Made by a program: the position numbers and the translations under genes
Source of the DNA: Macrostomum lignano
Lineage: Eukaryota
Length of the DNA: 64,000 nucleotides
Assembly: GCA_002269645.1 (NCBI GenBank)
Contig: NIVC01000083.1
Span: 530,101-594,100, forward strand
Direction of reading: 5' to 3'
Notes under the pieces: generated by a model
Told to the model about the DNA's origin: nothing
What the model saw: the letters and a program-made list of their open reading frames with translations, nothing else
Database searches by the model: none
Shown: in pieces, positions 13,301-24,897 of the stretch
Numbering within the stretch: position 1 is the first letter of the stretch
Layout of the letters: each line of letters opens with the position of its first letter

Positions 13301-14942
13301 GAGTCCAAATCAGGCACTCCGAGGCGTCCGGGTTTCGGGTCTGTCCCGGTTGCTGGACGCCAGGACGACTGGAACGTCGGCATCGTCGAAGGCCGCGTCT
13401 ACGTCAACTTGCTCAACGGCGTTGCACTTTTTGTTGGCATTCGATTCCAGTTTGATGGCGCTTCCGTCGCAACTGCAGAAGCTGGCGCAGGTGAGTGAAA
13501 TGAGACGACGCCACACGGCAGCCTCGACAAAACGGCAAAGAAAATTTACAAGCTCGAAACTAAATGAGGACAAAATGACACACGAAGGAGGGTAAAATTG
13601 CAAGTAAAGGAGGAAAAAATGACACATAAAGGACAAAATTGCACACGAAGGAGGACAAAATAGCACAGTCAAGCGAAACAAGTTATTAAAAAAAATTTCT
13701 ATTCTACAGGCCGCAAGATCTCCGACGCCCCGAGAACTCGCCGAAGAGGTCGCCTCTTTGAGCTCCGCATTCACTGATGCCGTTCGCGCCCAATTGGCGC
13801 CAGAAACTGGGCGCCAAATTAGCGCCGAGCTGCGTAGTCTAAAGTCGGCGCTAACCGAATGCCAGGCCCTGTGGGACCAGCTGCACAGGTGAGAGACGTG
13901 AATACTTAATATATTTAAAAACTTCACATGTAAGTCCGGGTAACCAGGTACCTAAACTTTAAATGTGTGTGTCCACAGGTGAGTTCCTAGCTCAATCATG
14001 TCAATTTAGTCAATCAAGTGGACAATTCCATTCAAAAATCAGCACCAAATGTCAGTAATAGTACATTAACGCCCTTAAAGCATGGGTATTACTATTATTG
14101 TGCCATAGACATTTGTGTCCTTGACAAAGTGGGACAGAATAATCGGACGTTAAATGTCATTACTGCAAATTAGCGGGCAGTTAAGTATACTGCTCTCGGC
14201 TCTCGGCTCTCGGGATTTAATCACATACGGTACCGACCTCAAACCCTCAAAATCACAAGCGGGCTTAAATGTAGTCTATGGCATTAAAAGGCAAAAATAA
14301 GTGCCCAGCGGGCACAAAGGTCATGGTACAATGAAGTTCTATTGCCAGATTATTTGCTTTGAACTTCTCTACTTCTACTGCAGTTCTGTGACAGTGGCTT
14401 TGATTGGGTTTATTGTCTATGGCCGAGAGCAGTTCTTTGACAGAGGCTGCTGCTGCAGCAAGTGGGGACTCTTTATTTGATTGGCACTTAATAAATTAAA
14501 ACTAAATGCATGCACCAACAGAACCAGTAAACCACAAAAATTTATTTCCATTCAATTCCAAGCTAAGACCTCGAAACCCCTCAGGTACCTGGCGGAGCCG
14601 CAAGATGATCCCACGCTGCTCCAAGAGTTGGCCCGCTTCGTCCGAGAGGTGGCCAAGGCCAGTCACCAGATGAAGCTGGAACAGCAGCAGCAGACACGAC
14701 GCCAACAACAACAACAGCAACAGCAAAAGCAACAGCAACAGCAACAGCGACTGAGTAGTCAGCAACAATTGCAAAAGCAAACAATGCAGAAGAAGCAACA
14801 ACAACAGCAACAACAGACTCACCAACAGCAGTCCGAGGGTGAGATGGACGACTTAATTAGCGCGCTACAGTCTGGTAACATTTTTGCTGCTAGAAGACGA
14901 ACTCGAATTGTTGTTCCACCGTCGAATGACAGTGTGGCTTAA
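1835..14942 (+). CDS. DAAM: DAAM-type diaphanous-related formin (GBD/FH3-coiled coil-FH1-FH2-DAD), 5' end incomplete
   Basis: Phase-consistent GT-AG exons: 1835-2068, 2151-2243, 7616-7684, 7809-9012, 9930-10183, 11016-11438, 13086-13490, 13710-13888, 14585-14942 (3219 nt, in frame). Motifs: SLPLEKKWQLY (DAAM ALPAEKKWQIY), LRSQPISFVRAFLDGGGL (GBD), poly-Pro FH1, FH2 segments, and DAD GEMDDLISALQSGNIF (DAAM GEFDDLVSALRSGEVF). Start codon not identified. Confidence 0.9.
2294..2990. repeat. Intronic minisatellite, 13-bp core CTCATGATCCCAA with higher-order variants
   Basis: Tandem copies directly visible; the same unit recurs at 6205-6420. Confidence 0.95.
4291..4322. repeat. (CA)n microsatellite
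   Basis: About 16 CA units. Confidence 0.95.
4395..5527. repeat. G-rich ~21-22-bp minisatellite (GGGGGCTGGCCTAGACTGGGGT)
   Basis: About 50 tandem units, each with two G4-G6 runs, in formin intron 2. Confidence 0.95.
6205..6420. repeat. Second array of the CTCATGATCCCAA minisatellite
   Basis: Same unit as 2294-2990. Confidence 0.9.
9035..9800. repeat. 21-bp intronic minisatellite (GGAGGACTGTCTAGGGTC-GGGGTCAAGGTC / -TGGGCTAAGTCC variants)
   Basis: Tandem array starting about 20 nt after the 9012 donor; it produces the spurious ORFs 8930-9802 and 9013-9849. Confidence 0.95.
10406..10821 (-). mobile_element. 5'-truncated non-LTR retrotransposon (RTE/RTEX-like ORF2 C-terminus) inserted antisense in a formin intron
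   Basis: The minus frame reads LTDSLEQQVDAAHAGLLRAAFNIGVERVTNAALYRRAGLPRPSDLLRRRRLQLAGHLIRAESY...RGQARTRRYVDCLLAD...AL*, typical of the region after RT. It has a (TTG)n 3' tail and a 10-bp direct repeat ATAAGTCAAT at 10396-10405 and 10822-10831 (TSD). Confidence 0.8.
14101..14283. mobile_element. Small MITE-like element bounded by TGCCATAGAC / GTCTATGGCA inverted repeat
   Basis: Perfect 10-bp inverted repeat around a ~160-bp non-coding core. Confidence 0.4.
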
Positions 14943-15328
14943 CTCTGAGCATTTCGTGCTATCGGTCCCAAAGAGTCCCAAATCGGTAATGTGTCCGGAG
15001 TCCCGAATCCAGTGTGTCTAGAGTTCCGAATCGAGTGTGTCTAGAGTCCAGAATCTACTGTGTCTAGATTCCTAATTTCTAAATTGGAAGTGAAGTCTTA
15101 TTTTAATGAAAAATCCGTAACAAATGGGTACAAAATTTTCAAGTCCCAAAGACTAATTTCTTCACCAGACTACCCATCATTCCATTGCAATCAAATTGTC
15201 TTTTCACATGTATATATAACTGCTATGCATGAGGCTTGCGTTCTCATATTTAAATTTTTATGGCGATTTTCAAGGCAATTCAGACCTGGATCAATGCAGT
15301 TTAATTCCTAGCGGGAGAATCAAGCTTG

Positions 15329-15507
15329 TTGTCTATGGCCCAAAAGGGGCCTGAGGAGAAGCCAAGTTGGCAAATTGGACGCGCAATCGATCCTTTCCAC
15401 GCAGTGACTCCATCTTGTCTGATGGAACCTGTTATTGTCGATGGTCGAAGGCAGGCACTATATTCTCCAAGTGGCTGCTCCCCAGACCCCTTTTGGGCCA
15501 TAGACAA
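15329..15507. mobile_element. MITE-like foldback element
   Basis: 35-bp inverted repeat with 3 mismatches: TTGTCTATGGCCCAAAAGGGGCCTGAGGAGAAGCC versus the reverse complement of GGCTGCTCCCCAGACCCCTTTTGGGCCATAGACAA. No clear TSD. Confidence 0.6.
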
Positions 15508-17434
15508 TAAAAGCAAGTCTTTAATACATGTAGCTTGATTGTCGCGCTAGCTCCCTGACTCCATTGGCATGAAAATGCTATATTAAAATAAAATTTTTTA
15601 CTGGCCAACTTCTAGGCCTTTGAACATGTATCTATCTAAAACATATGTACATGTACAATAATAGCCAAATGTGTATCTATTCTTTAAATATGCATGCTAT
15701 CCGCTGGTTAGGCCTTGCTCAATCATCTATCTAGGCAAGAAAATACAATGTTTATTTAGATAAGTAAAGGGAAGGTTAATTTTATAGAGCTTTCATGTAG
15801 CTAGCTAACGACCAAATGTAAAACGCTTGTCTACTATCATTGTGTAAAGCAGTGTTTTTTTTAAAATACGTCTTTTTAATGACCGCCTTATACTTGGTTT
15901 CTTGTACACACGAGTTTATTAGTTTGTTTTGTAGTTACTGTTGGTCTGTACCAATTTAAACAAAACTGTGTATAAAAATTGGTTTACAACCCAATTTTGG
16001 ATACTTATTAGCTTGAAAATTTAAAATTTGAAAATTTAAAGCATAATATGCTTTGAAAAAAGTATAAATTATTAAGAGTTTCGCACAAATTATTATTTCA
16101 TCTTATGCAAAATGGAAGCTTAGAATCTTGAACAAAAGGCTAAGTTTTTGTTCTCCATTTCCACTGTTTCATCAAACTTTTTTTTAGTTTCTAACTGAGC
16201 TATTTATACTACTAAAACATGTTTTTGTTTAACTAAACTCAAAAAACACGTTGCATTTTGAAATGCTTATTGCAGATATACATACGATCGTACATGTGTG
16301 TATCCAGCCAGCACAAGCTCCTTAAAGTTTTTCTCTTTGCTGTGAAATGTCACGGATGCTAATCTTAATCTCATTACATGTATTCTTTCATCCATTTTTA
16401 ATGTAGCCTGCCAAGGACAACAATAATTTTGTATATTAAGTGCATACATACATTTTCATATCGCATGTATAAAATACGTGTGCAATAAAAGAACGCAAAC
16501 AATGGGCCGTATGAATAAAACGTGAGAAAATCTTTAAAGATTTTCTTTCGAGCCAAGAATTTCTTTAAAGAAATTCTTTTCCGGCAAGAAAATCTGTTGG
16601 AGAAAATCTTACGAGTCAAGATATTCTAGAAAAGACATGAATAAAAGTTTCTCGGCTCGTGAGATTTTCTCGGCGACTGCCACTTGGCTGAAAGTTGTCT
16701 AGGGCCCAAACCAAGATGTCGGTGACGTGGAATCGACGGCCGTCTCCTCAGGCTTGGGCGCAGCCCATGCTGTGTCTATGGCTAAAACCACGTGAACACC
16801 GAAAATCCGTCCAGAAAAATCCTACTAGAAAGTGGCAAAATCCATGTGGAGTTTACCTGAACATCAGGTGACAGGAAAGTCACTTTGCTTTGAAATTTTA
16901 CCCTGAGATTGAGCGTCCTGGCATCGAATGGTTGCCAATTTTTTACATGTATATCGTGATTACTCTTTGCAGGAGCCCAGAAACAATGCAAAAAAAACTG
17001 CGAGCATGTTATAAGACGCTGCGTGGGGGGTATAATTATTCATCAGAAAGCAAGAAAATCTTTTCCTCGTGAGATTTTCTTGCCGAGCAAATCTTTTCTT
17101 GTGAAAGCTCGAGATTTTCTTGGCGAGAAAATCTTGCAAGAAACTCGCAGTTTTTTATTCTTTTAAACGCAAGAAATTCTTGGATTTCTTGCAAGAAAAA
17201 AATTTCTTTTTTTTATTCATACGGCCCAATACCTTTTTGCGATCTAGTTTGCCAAAACTGCAATCAATTTTGCCCGCGGAAAAAATATCACTTATAATTT
17301 TGCTGTCTAGGCCAAGTCTGCTCAGTCATGATTCGAGTTTCAGCCACAGACAACTCTTTGAAAACTGAAATCAATTTTGCCAAAACTGCGACCTAGTTTG
17401 CCTAGTTCTAGCCAGCTATAGCATTTAATACAGT

Positions 17435-18660
17435 ATGACTAAGCTCCACGCTTCCAAACGAGCAACATTCCGTCTGCAAATAAATATACAGCATTGCGTA
17501 TCTGCGTCAGTAAATCTGATGAAGATAGCTGAGCTGTACAGGCCAGGCCTAATCCTGAACCCTGGATGCGCAACGGTAAGTTGCCCAACATTCCCTCTGG
17601 CTACTCTGATTTTTATGTGTGGCCCGGGGAACAGCCGCCCTAGAGCGGCTATCCTCGCTGCCAGCCATCTCCAGGCTTGGCTGAGGACTGATCTCTCAGA
17701 TGGAGACCTCTGTCATCCAATCTAATCATCTCTCCTCGATGTTGCCTCGATTTATATCCCAGGTGACAGAGACCCTGCACCTGAGAGTCTACTGCGCCTT
17801 GCGCAGTACTGCAGAACGCTGAGCTGTGCTTAGGGGGAGACCTCAACGCATCATACTGTAAGCACTGGGGCAGCAAAGACAGCAATAATAGAGGGGAGTT
17901 GCTTCTAGCCCTCATCTCTAACACAAACCTCATGCTCTGCAACTACCTTTGGGTGATTTGGGTGACTACCAGAGCGTCAAGGCCTTCAGCCCAATTAGCT
18001 TAACGTCAGCAATGCTTAAGCTCACCAAGAGGCTCATTCTATGGCGGCTGCTTTCATGCGAGCTGACAGCGATGCCCCTCAGCAATAATCAGCACGCCTT
18101 CCATTCAGGGAGGTCGACTGACAGCGCCCTGCATGCGATAGTCAAGAAGATTGAACGGGCGGTACTGGGTGACGGCTACGCCCTGGCTCTTTTTCTCGAC
18201 ATTGTTGGCGCCTTCGACAACGTTATCTTTGAAGCGTTTCAGAGGGCCCTTCAAAACCGCAAAGCTCACGCTACCCTCATACGGTGGATCATGTACATGA
18301 TCTCCAACCGTACGGTCACTGCCCAACTTCTTGGGCAAACTGCCTCCGCCAGAGTCTGTAAGGGTGGACCCCAAGGCGGAGTCCTCACCCCGACGCTCTG
18401 GAACCTGGTCATGGACGCTCTTCTGGGTGACTCCCGACCTGATCCCGTCTTCAAAGTCGGGGATGCTGACGACGTCACTGCCATTGTGGCAGGGCCGTCC
18501 CCCAGCACGCTCAGGGATCTGATGCAGAGCTTTATCTGCAAAGCAGAATCCTGGACTAATGACAACGGTCTGGAACTCTCTGAGCCCAAAACTGTTGCCA
18601 TTATGTTCACTAGTAGATTTCGTTGGTACATACGACCTCTGCAGTTATACGGCAGAGTAT
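17435..18660 (+). mobile_element. Decayed LINE (APE endonuclease + reverse transcriptase fragments, LOA/R1-like), internally deleted
   Basis: APE motifs LQINIQHC, RPRAAILAASHLQAWLRTDLSD and LGGDLNA..HWGSKDSNNRGELLL, with frameshifts and stops. RT motifs PISLTS, QHAFHSGRSTDSAL, LFLDIVGAFDNV, GGPQGGVLTPTLWNL, and GDADD in place of YADD. RT is 3' truncated. Confidence 0.88.
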
Positions 18661-19210
18661 AGATGGCAGAGTTACGGCAGAGTTATACGGCAGAGTATAT
18701 TCGATGTTGCTGAGCATAGATATACACTCGTACATGTATACTATGTCCAGATTTTAACATCGAGTGAGCCACTTTCAGTAGAATAAACGTAAGTTATGAC
18801 TATACAAGTATTTTTTCTTTCAGATTTTATAGCAAGCTAGTGATCTAGAATGAAACTTTAGAAGTATAATTAGTGCCAATTACTCATTTACTGCACAAAA
18901 ATTATCCAAACTGATTCGATGAAATCATTACCATTATTATGCTTGCAATATCCTACTATTGCATGCATTTTGTTCTTAAAGTGCCATTTTGTAAGTCAAA
19001 TGGCATCCTCATGATTAACATTCGCAAGACCTGCGTTAATCGCGTTTGGTGCACAATTTATTTTAATGATGCTTTAATGATTGCCATGCAATTTGTGACG
19101 TAAACAATTTACAACCCCGCACTTGAACTGAACTTATTAGCGCGGATCTCTCAACCAAGGCTCACAGTGTAACAACTAGCAAGCCACAGAATCCAAGCTA
19201 CCTGCTGTAA

Positions 19211-20057
19211 ATGCATTTTCTAATAATCACCTTTGCTCTCTTGGCGGCGGCAGAATCCGACTGGGAGATCCAGCGAGGCGACCTCGCCGAGTACCGGGTG
19301 CTGGCGGTGAAGCTGGCGTTCAATGACATTCATTGCGTGACGCCTGCTGAGAACGCGGATGCTGTCCACTTCGACGCGAGCTCCGGCTCCTGCTCGCTGC
19401 TGGCCTGCGATCGGGGAGCGATGGACGCCTGCAGGAAGTGCCGGCACGCCATGCAGCAACTCCAGCCTGCCTCAGCTGTGGGTGAGTGAGCTTGTCTTTG
19501 CTTTGCCGCCTCTGCACTTTGCAGCACCGCAACTGAACATATCGCTCCCCTCGTTCCAGATGAGGGAGCCGGTGAAGTGCTGGACGACTTTCCAGCGCAG
19601 AGTCGACGGCTCCGTCAGCTTCATCCGCAGCTGGTCGGAATACGCGAGCGGATTTGGTCAGGGCGAGAGTCTCAACTACTGGATGTGGCTGGAGAGGCTG
19701 CACCAGCTCACCGCTCACCGCCACTGGGCTGAGAATGCTCCGTTCTCTGTTGCCACAGCGGCCGATAAGTACAAGTGCTCGATGGGACCTCTGGACGCGA
19801 CCAAATCGAGTGTTGGACAGCGCACTGAACTGCGCTGGTCTCCTAACAACCAGTTCTTCACCACATTTGATTCCGACAACGACATGTTCAGTAGTGACAA
19901 ATGCGCAAAACAGTTTTCGTGTGGCTGGTGGCACGGCTACTGCACCTTCGTCAACCCGATTGGAGTCTACCGTGAATATCCAGATATTTACGAAGAACAA
20001 GGAGTCTATTACTACCTAAACGACATGGGAGTCCCCTATATTTTAGGTACTCTATGA
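19211..20057 (+). CDS. Secreted fibrinogen-related domain (FReD) protein with a short Cys-containing N-terminal domain, possibly degenerate
   Basis: Signal-peptide-like MHFLIITFALLAAAES. Proposed exons 19211-19481 and 19525-20057 (43-nt GT-AG intron, phase 1). FReD motifs WTTFQRRVDGSVSFIRSWSEYASGFG, YWMWLERLHQLT, FTTFDSDND and CA...GWWHGYC..N..G.Y. Confidence 0.72.
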
Positions 20058-20156
20058 AGAGCTTCGAATGTCTAACAGTCAGGAATTGACAAATCGCGTG
20101 GCAGTGTTGAGAGAAGTCGATTATGAAGACTTGAAGGCTTAAAATAAGTAAGACAA

Positions 20157-20415
20157 GTGAATAGTGAATACTGTATAGTGAATAGTGAGTAGTGAATAGT
20201 GAATAGTGAATAGTGAATAGTGAATAGTGAATACTGAAAAGTGAATGGTGAATAGTGAATAGTGAATAGTGAATAGTGAATACTGAAAAGTGAATGGTGA
20301 ATAGTGAATAGTGAATAGTGAATACTGAAAAGTGAATGGTGAATAGTGAATAGTGAATAGTGAATAGTGAATACTGAATAGTGAATAGTGAATAGTGAAT
20401 AGTGAATGGTGAATA
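20157..20415. repeat. 7-bp tandem repeat (GAATAGT)n
   Basis: Directly visible array. Confidence 0.95.
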
Positions 20416-21284
20416 GGGAATATGGGTCTGATCCTAATGTCTATGAGTCCCATTCTAATGTTCATGTGTCCCATTCTAATGTCTATGAGTCCTACTTTAC
20501 TACTTAATTGTCTGAGCACCATTCAAACCTTCGTGAGTATGACTGTAACTTTTATTCACCGTATTTCTTCTAGTTGAACTGTACAATTTGAAAAATTCCT
20601 GCAAATAGTGACCATATTTTGTATTTTCCAACTTACAAGAATGTTAATGAGAGTTTTTATTACGTTTCTCTTACGGCTGCATTGTGTGTGAAAATTGTTT
20701 AGAACTGTTTTAATCCCTATACAGTTTTAAAACTTAAACTACTTTGAAAGTCGTTTACTCGTCATAATAAAAACAATTTCGTGTGTTTATAGCGAATTTA
20801 AATAGAAGAGTTATAAATTTATTATTCTAACGTGGTCAACCGTTAGAAATGATGAAAATGTGCGCCAATCAGCACTGCGCCTAAGTGCAGCCTTGCCAAG
20901 CCTTCAGATTTCATCAGCACGTGGACTACGTGTGACATGTGACTGCATCAGCTCTGACTTTGTTGGTCACTGGCCTTCGCCCAGGCGGAGCTTCTGGACC
21001 TTCAACTGGTGGCACCAGATGACTATGGACACCCCTGTTGCCAAATTATCGAGTTTCACTGATCAAGACTCGACAGTGGACAAATCACAACTGCTGGACA
21101 TCCTCAGCTAGTCTCTCGAGAATTCCATTGTAGTGTGAGCATCTTTTGCGTATTCTATTAGTTAGGTTTTGCATTATTGTTATTGAATTATTATTTTGCT
21201 CTAGTTTAGTCATGCGTTTTTTGTGTACTTTTTCTAGTTGGTTGAAATCTAAAATTGTAAACAGGCTAGAAGTCAGACGCTATT

Positions 21285-24200
21285 TGTGACTCAGCGGAGG
21301 GTTGAGTTGTCTGCGAACCCCAGCTTTGCGCGGCCAGCCAATCAGAACCGGCCTGGACCCTGGCACGCGGCAAGTTTCAATTCTACCCGGCGCCGCGGGC
21401 ACAGTACAATTCGGCTTAAGCAAGCGGCCGGCCAGACGACCACCACCCGGCTTGAGGGGGGTTTTGAGGGGTTGTGACTCTGACTATATATGAAAGTGTA
21501 TTTGGCAATCGGATCTCACTTTTCCTCCTTTTCCTCCTTTTCCGCCCTTCTTTCCCCGATTCTTGGTTTGTGTTCCAGCTTCCCGGCCGGTGGCCTAGCT
21601 GTTTCCCTTTGGTTCGCGCTTTGAGGCGTTTTGATTTCGTCACCCCCCCGATCAAAAAAAGTTGGCTTAATTATGTCTTAAAGATGCCTTGCATAAGACA
21701 GAAAGATGTCTTCAAGACATCTTACAATTGACTTATTTCGGTCTAAAAATTGGCTCCTTGCAACACTTGTAGACAACTTAGAGATAACTTAAAGACGTCT
21801 TCAGACATCTTCAAGACATCTTAAAATCTACTTAAAGACATCTTCCAGATGACTTGCAGAAGACGTCTTGCCCAAGATCATTTAAGAAATGCTGTTGCCA
21901 TTGCAATCACAGTTGTTTAAAAGAAAAATGACTAAAAATATTACAGCACTCTTTTGTTTCGTTTCAGGCAATATTGATATGAAAGAGAAGCTATTTAGTA
22001 GGCTTCTAAACATGGTTCAATGTAATTTATTATTTATGATTTATATTTTCATTTTATAAAAGACACAGTTTAAAAGTCACAGAAGCAATAAAATGGTGAA
22101 TCAAAAACAAGTTAAAATACACTAAATAAAAATGCAAAAATACTCAAGTGCAAGTGTATAATTTTATAATGCATCATACCCAGTCATTGCATGGAAATAC
22201 TTGGTTAATGCAATAATGACTAAGTTGCTCATTGCTTGGTGGAAAACTTGCTGTAAATTGATCCTTTGCTAGCCAACTACTAGTTTAGAATTGGCTCAAT
22301 CCAGGAAGATTCAAGATCCAGGTTAGCTTCCACTATGATGGATAGCATGTGTTGATAAGGCTGAAAAGGATAAGTTTAATAAAGGTTATAGTTTATAGGT
22401 TGTTAGGCTGAAATAATTTAAAATTCATAAGTAAAAAACAATAAATAATAAATAATAGATTATTTTACTAATATACTTTAAAAATCTAATAAATAAATTG
22501 CCTAGGCCCCTACTATATATTCACACAAGTGTATTATACAATACCTTTGCCTTAGGCTTAAATACATAGGCTAAAGCTTAGGGCCTAATCTCAAAGCAAA
22601 ATAAAAAGATTAGAATATCAATTTTATATAAAACTTCTAGGCATACCAACTCTATTTATTCTCTATTAGGCCTAATCCAATTTTTGAATGTGATATAGGC
22701 CTAATATTAAATTATAAGGCTATATCTATTTCTTATTTAAATTTTCATTGGCCTAGCCAAGAAAAAAGCACTAATGACTAGGCCTAATATTCAAAATATT
22801 GATATATTGAAAACATCATATATATGCCATTAGCCAATAATAAAGGCAAAGAGGAAGCAACATATAAAGGCCTATAGGCCAAGGTTTTCTTTTTTGCCAG
22901 AGACAAGGTACAAAAGTGCACTCTATACTCATTTTTATAGTGCAATTTTAAGGCTCAAAGTGCAAATTTTTTTATTTTTCTTATTTTAGATTTAGGGCAA
23001 TGCAAATGAGGCTTCAAGTTTAACAGAAAAACAGGTTATAAGACTGTCCCTAAATTGCAATTTTCAATTTCTGGGTACAATTTTAAATTAAAAGTGCATA
23101 TACACACTCTACATATAAAAAATAAACCTAGCTATAGGCTCATGGAAATTATTTATTACTTTTGACATAAAAATCAAAACAAAAACTATTTAGGCCTAAG
23201 GAAGAAGCTAGGGCCTATCTAAGGCTAAGAGGCCTACAACAGAACAAAATAGCCTAATAAGCCAATTCAACAACTATCTATAAAACTTTGACTTTAAAAA
23301 GCCAGAAGTAAATAAATCATATATTTTTAGTTTTAGGCCTAGTACATGTGTAGTGAGTTGCAAGAATCTTTTAAGGCCTAACTTAAAATGTAAACATGAC
23401 TATTCATTAGTTAACTAGTGCTTACTAGTGCTAGGCATAGCAATAGATATGCAGTAGGCCCTAGGCGTAACTAAAAAAACATTGCATCCAAGGTCCAATT
23501 TAAAATTGTAATTTTTAAGTCAGGATGTTACATAGCATCCCAATTGCCTATTGCATAAAAACATTTCTGGCCAATCTGGATTTTTTGCTGGCACCTGGCA
23601 CTAGAATATGAAATACAATCCTAGAAGCTATCCAAGGAAGAATTAGTAAAAAATACTACTAAGAAGGTCTAATTTGACTTTGAGGATAGTAGATGTATCA
23701 TCACGAATAGTAATACACTATCGCATTAAGTAAAGATAAATCTAGGGTAGGGCTTACACCAGAAATCTATATAGGCTATAGCAGCCAATTAAAAATTGAA
23801 ACTTATCACAAAAGATAGAAGCAAGTGTTCGACAATTAGGCGGCCTTCATGGGCACAAGGTTGTCTTTTAGTCCTTTTTAAAAATGTCGTTCCGCCATAT
23901 TGATTTTAGCTGTTTTTAACAAAAGCATCACCGATATATATTGCAACTTTGTCTTTTTTAATGCTTAGCTGTTTAGAATTTTGTAAATATATTTGCTCCA
24001 ATCAAAACTGTTGTAGTTAAACTTTGTCTCAAAGTTTGTAACGACTCAATACAAAAAATTGCATATAATTGCACTCCAAAAGCGTAAAGGATTTTTAATA
24101 ATAGGCACACCTTCCACAGACTACAATACAACAAAATTTTTAGATAAATAAAGACAATAGTTGCTTGTTTTATTTTTTATTGATTTTAACGATCTGGATA

Positions 24201-24897
24201 AATTTGTATCTGAAACTTCCTACTTACAGTAGAAACAGTTGTTTATGTAAATTTTTAGTCTTTAAGGTGATGTCTTAAAGATGTCTTCAACAAGACATCT
24301 CATAAAAGTCAATTTCAAGTCATCTTCAAGACAACTTTATCAAGATAGCTTGTGGAAGCAAAGTGGAAGATATCTTGAAATTGTCTTGAGGTGTCTTTAG
24401 CCATCTTAAGACAATTCTAAGACGTCTTAAGACAACTTCTTTTTGATCGGGCCCGGTCCATATTTTTGTTCCCCGCCCAACCGCTTCAGTCTTGTGGCGT
24501 AACGTCTACGGCAAATTCCTGTCTGAAGTCGTCGCTGTCAAGCGCGGTTAGATAGAGACTGTCGGATCTGATCAAGTACGCGGCCTCGACCCCGAGGGCC
24601 TCAGTGTTACACTGAAGGGCAGTGCCGATAGAATTTAGTCGGTACTCCGTTGAACGGTCGATTCGGCAGGGCTCTCGTTCGAGAGTAGGTTCTGGGTTAG
24701 GCCAGAGGTTAGGAGTCTTCTCCGTGGTCGTGTTCGGTTCCTTTTCCTCTTCTTCAGCTGAGATCTGCTTGCCAGTTGCGTAATCTAATTATTATTATTA
24801 ACCGTTATTGTCGTTTTGTCAACTCTAGTTATCTGCGCCGTTTGAATTTGAATCTTGTAACTTGAAGTATCAAATTAAATAGTCTAGCCAGTTATCA
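21285..24897 (+). mobile_element. LTR-like sequence (~0.8 kb: 21285-21646 + 24452-24897) interrupted by a TIR element
   Basis: Starts TGT, contains CCAAT (21338) and TATATA (21486), has ATTAAA near 24875, ends ...GTTATCA, and is followed by TTTGTATCA (degenerate PBS-like). No TSD or second LTR found. Confidence 0.35.
21647..24451. mobile_element. Non-autonomous DNA transposon with CCCGATCAAAAA TIRs and AAGAC(A/G)TCTT subterminal repeats (CMC/EnSpm-like)
   Basis: Left end CCCGATCAAAAAAAGTTGGCTTAA; right end reverse complement CCCGATCAAAAAGAAGTTGTCTTAA. Both ends carry ~200 bp of palindromic AAGACATCTT-type repeats. Flanked by CC on both sides (possible 2-bp TSD). AT-rich core with no transposase ORF. 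Confidence 0.75.
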
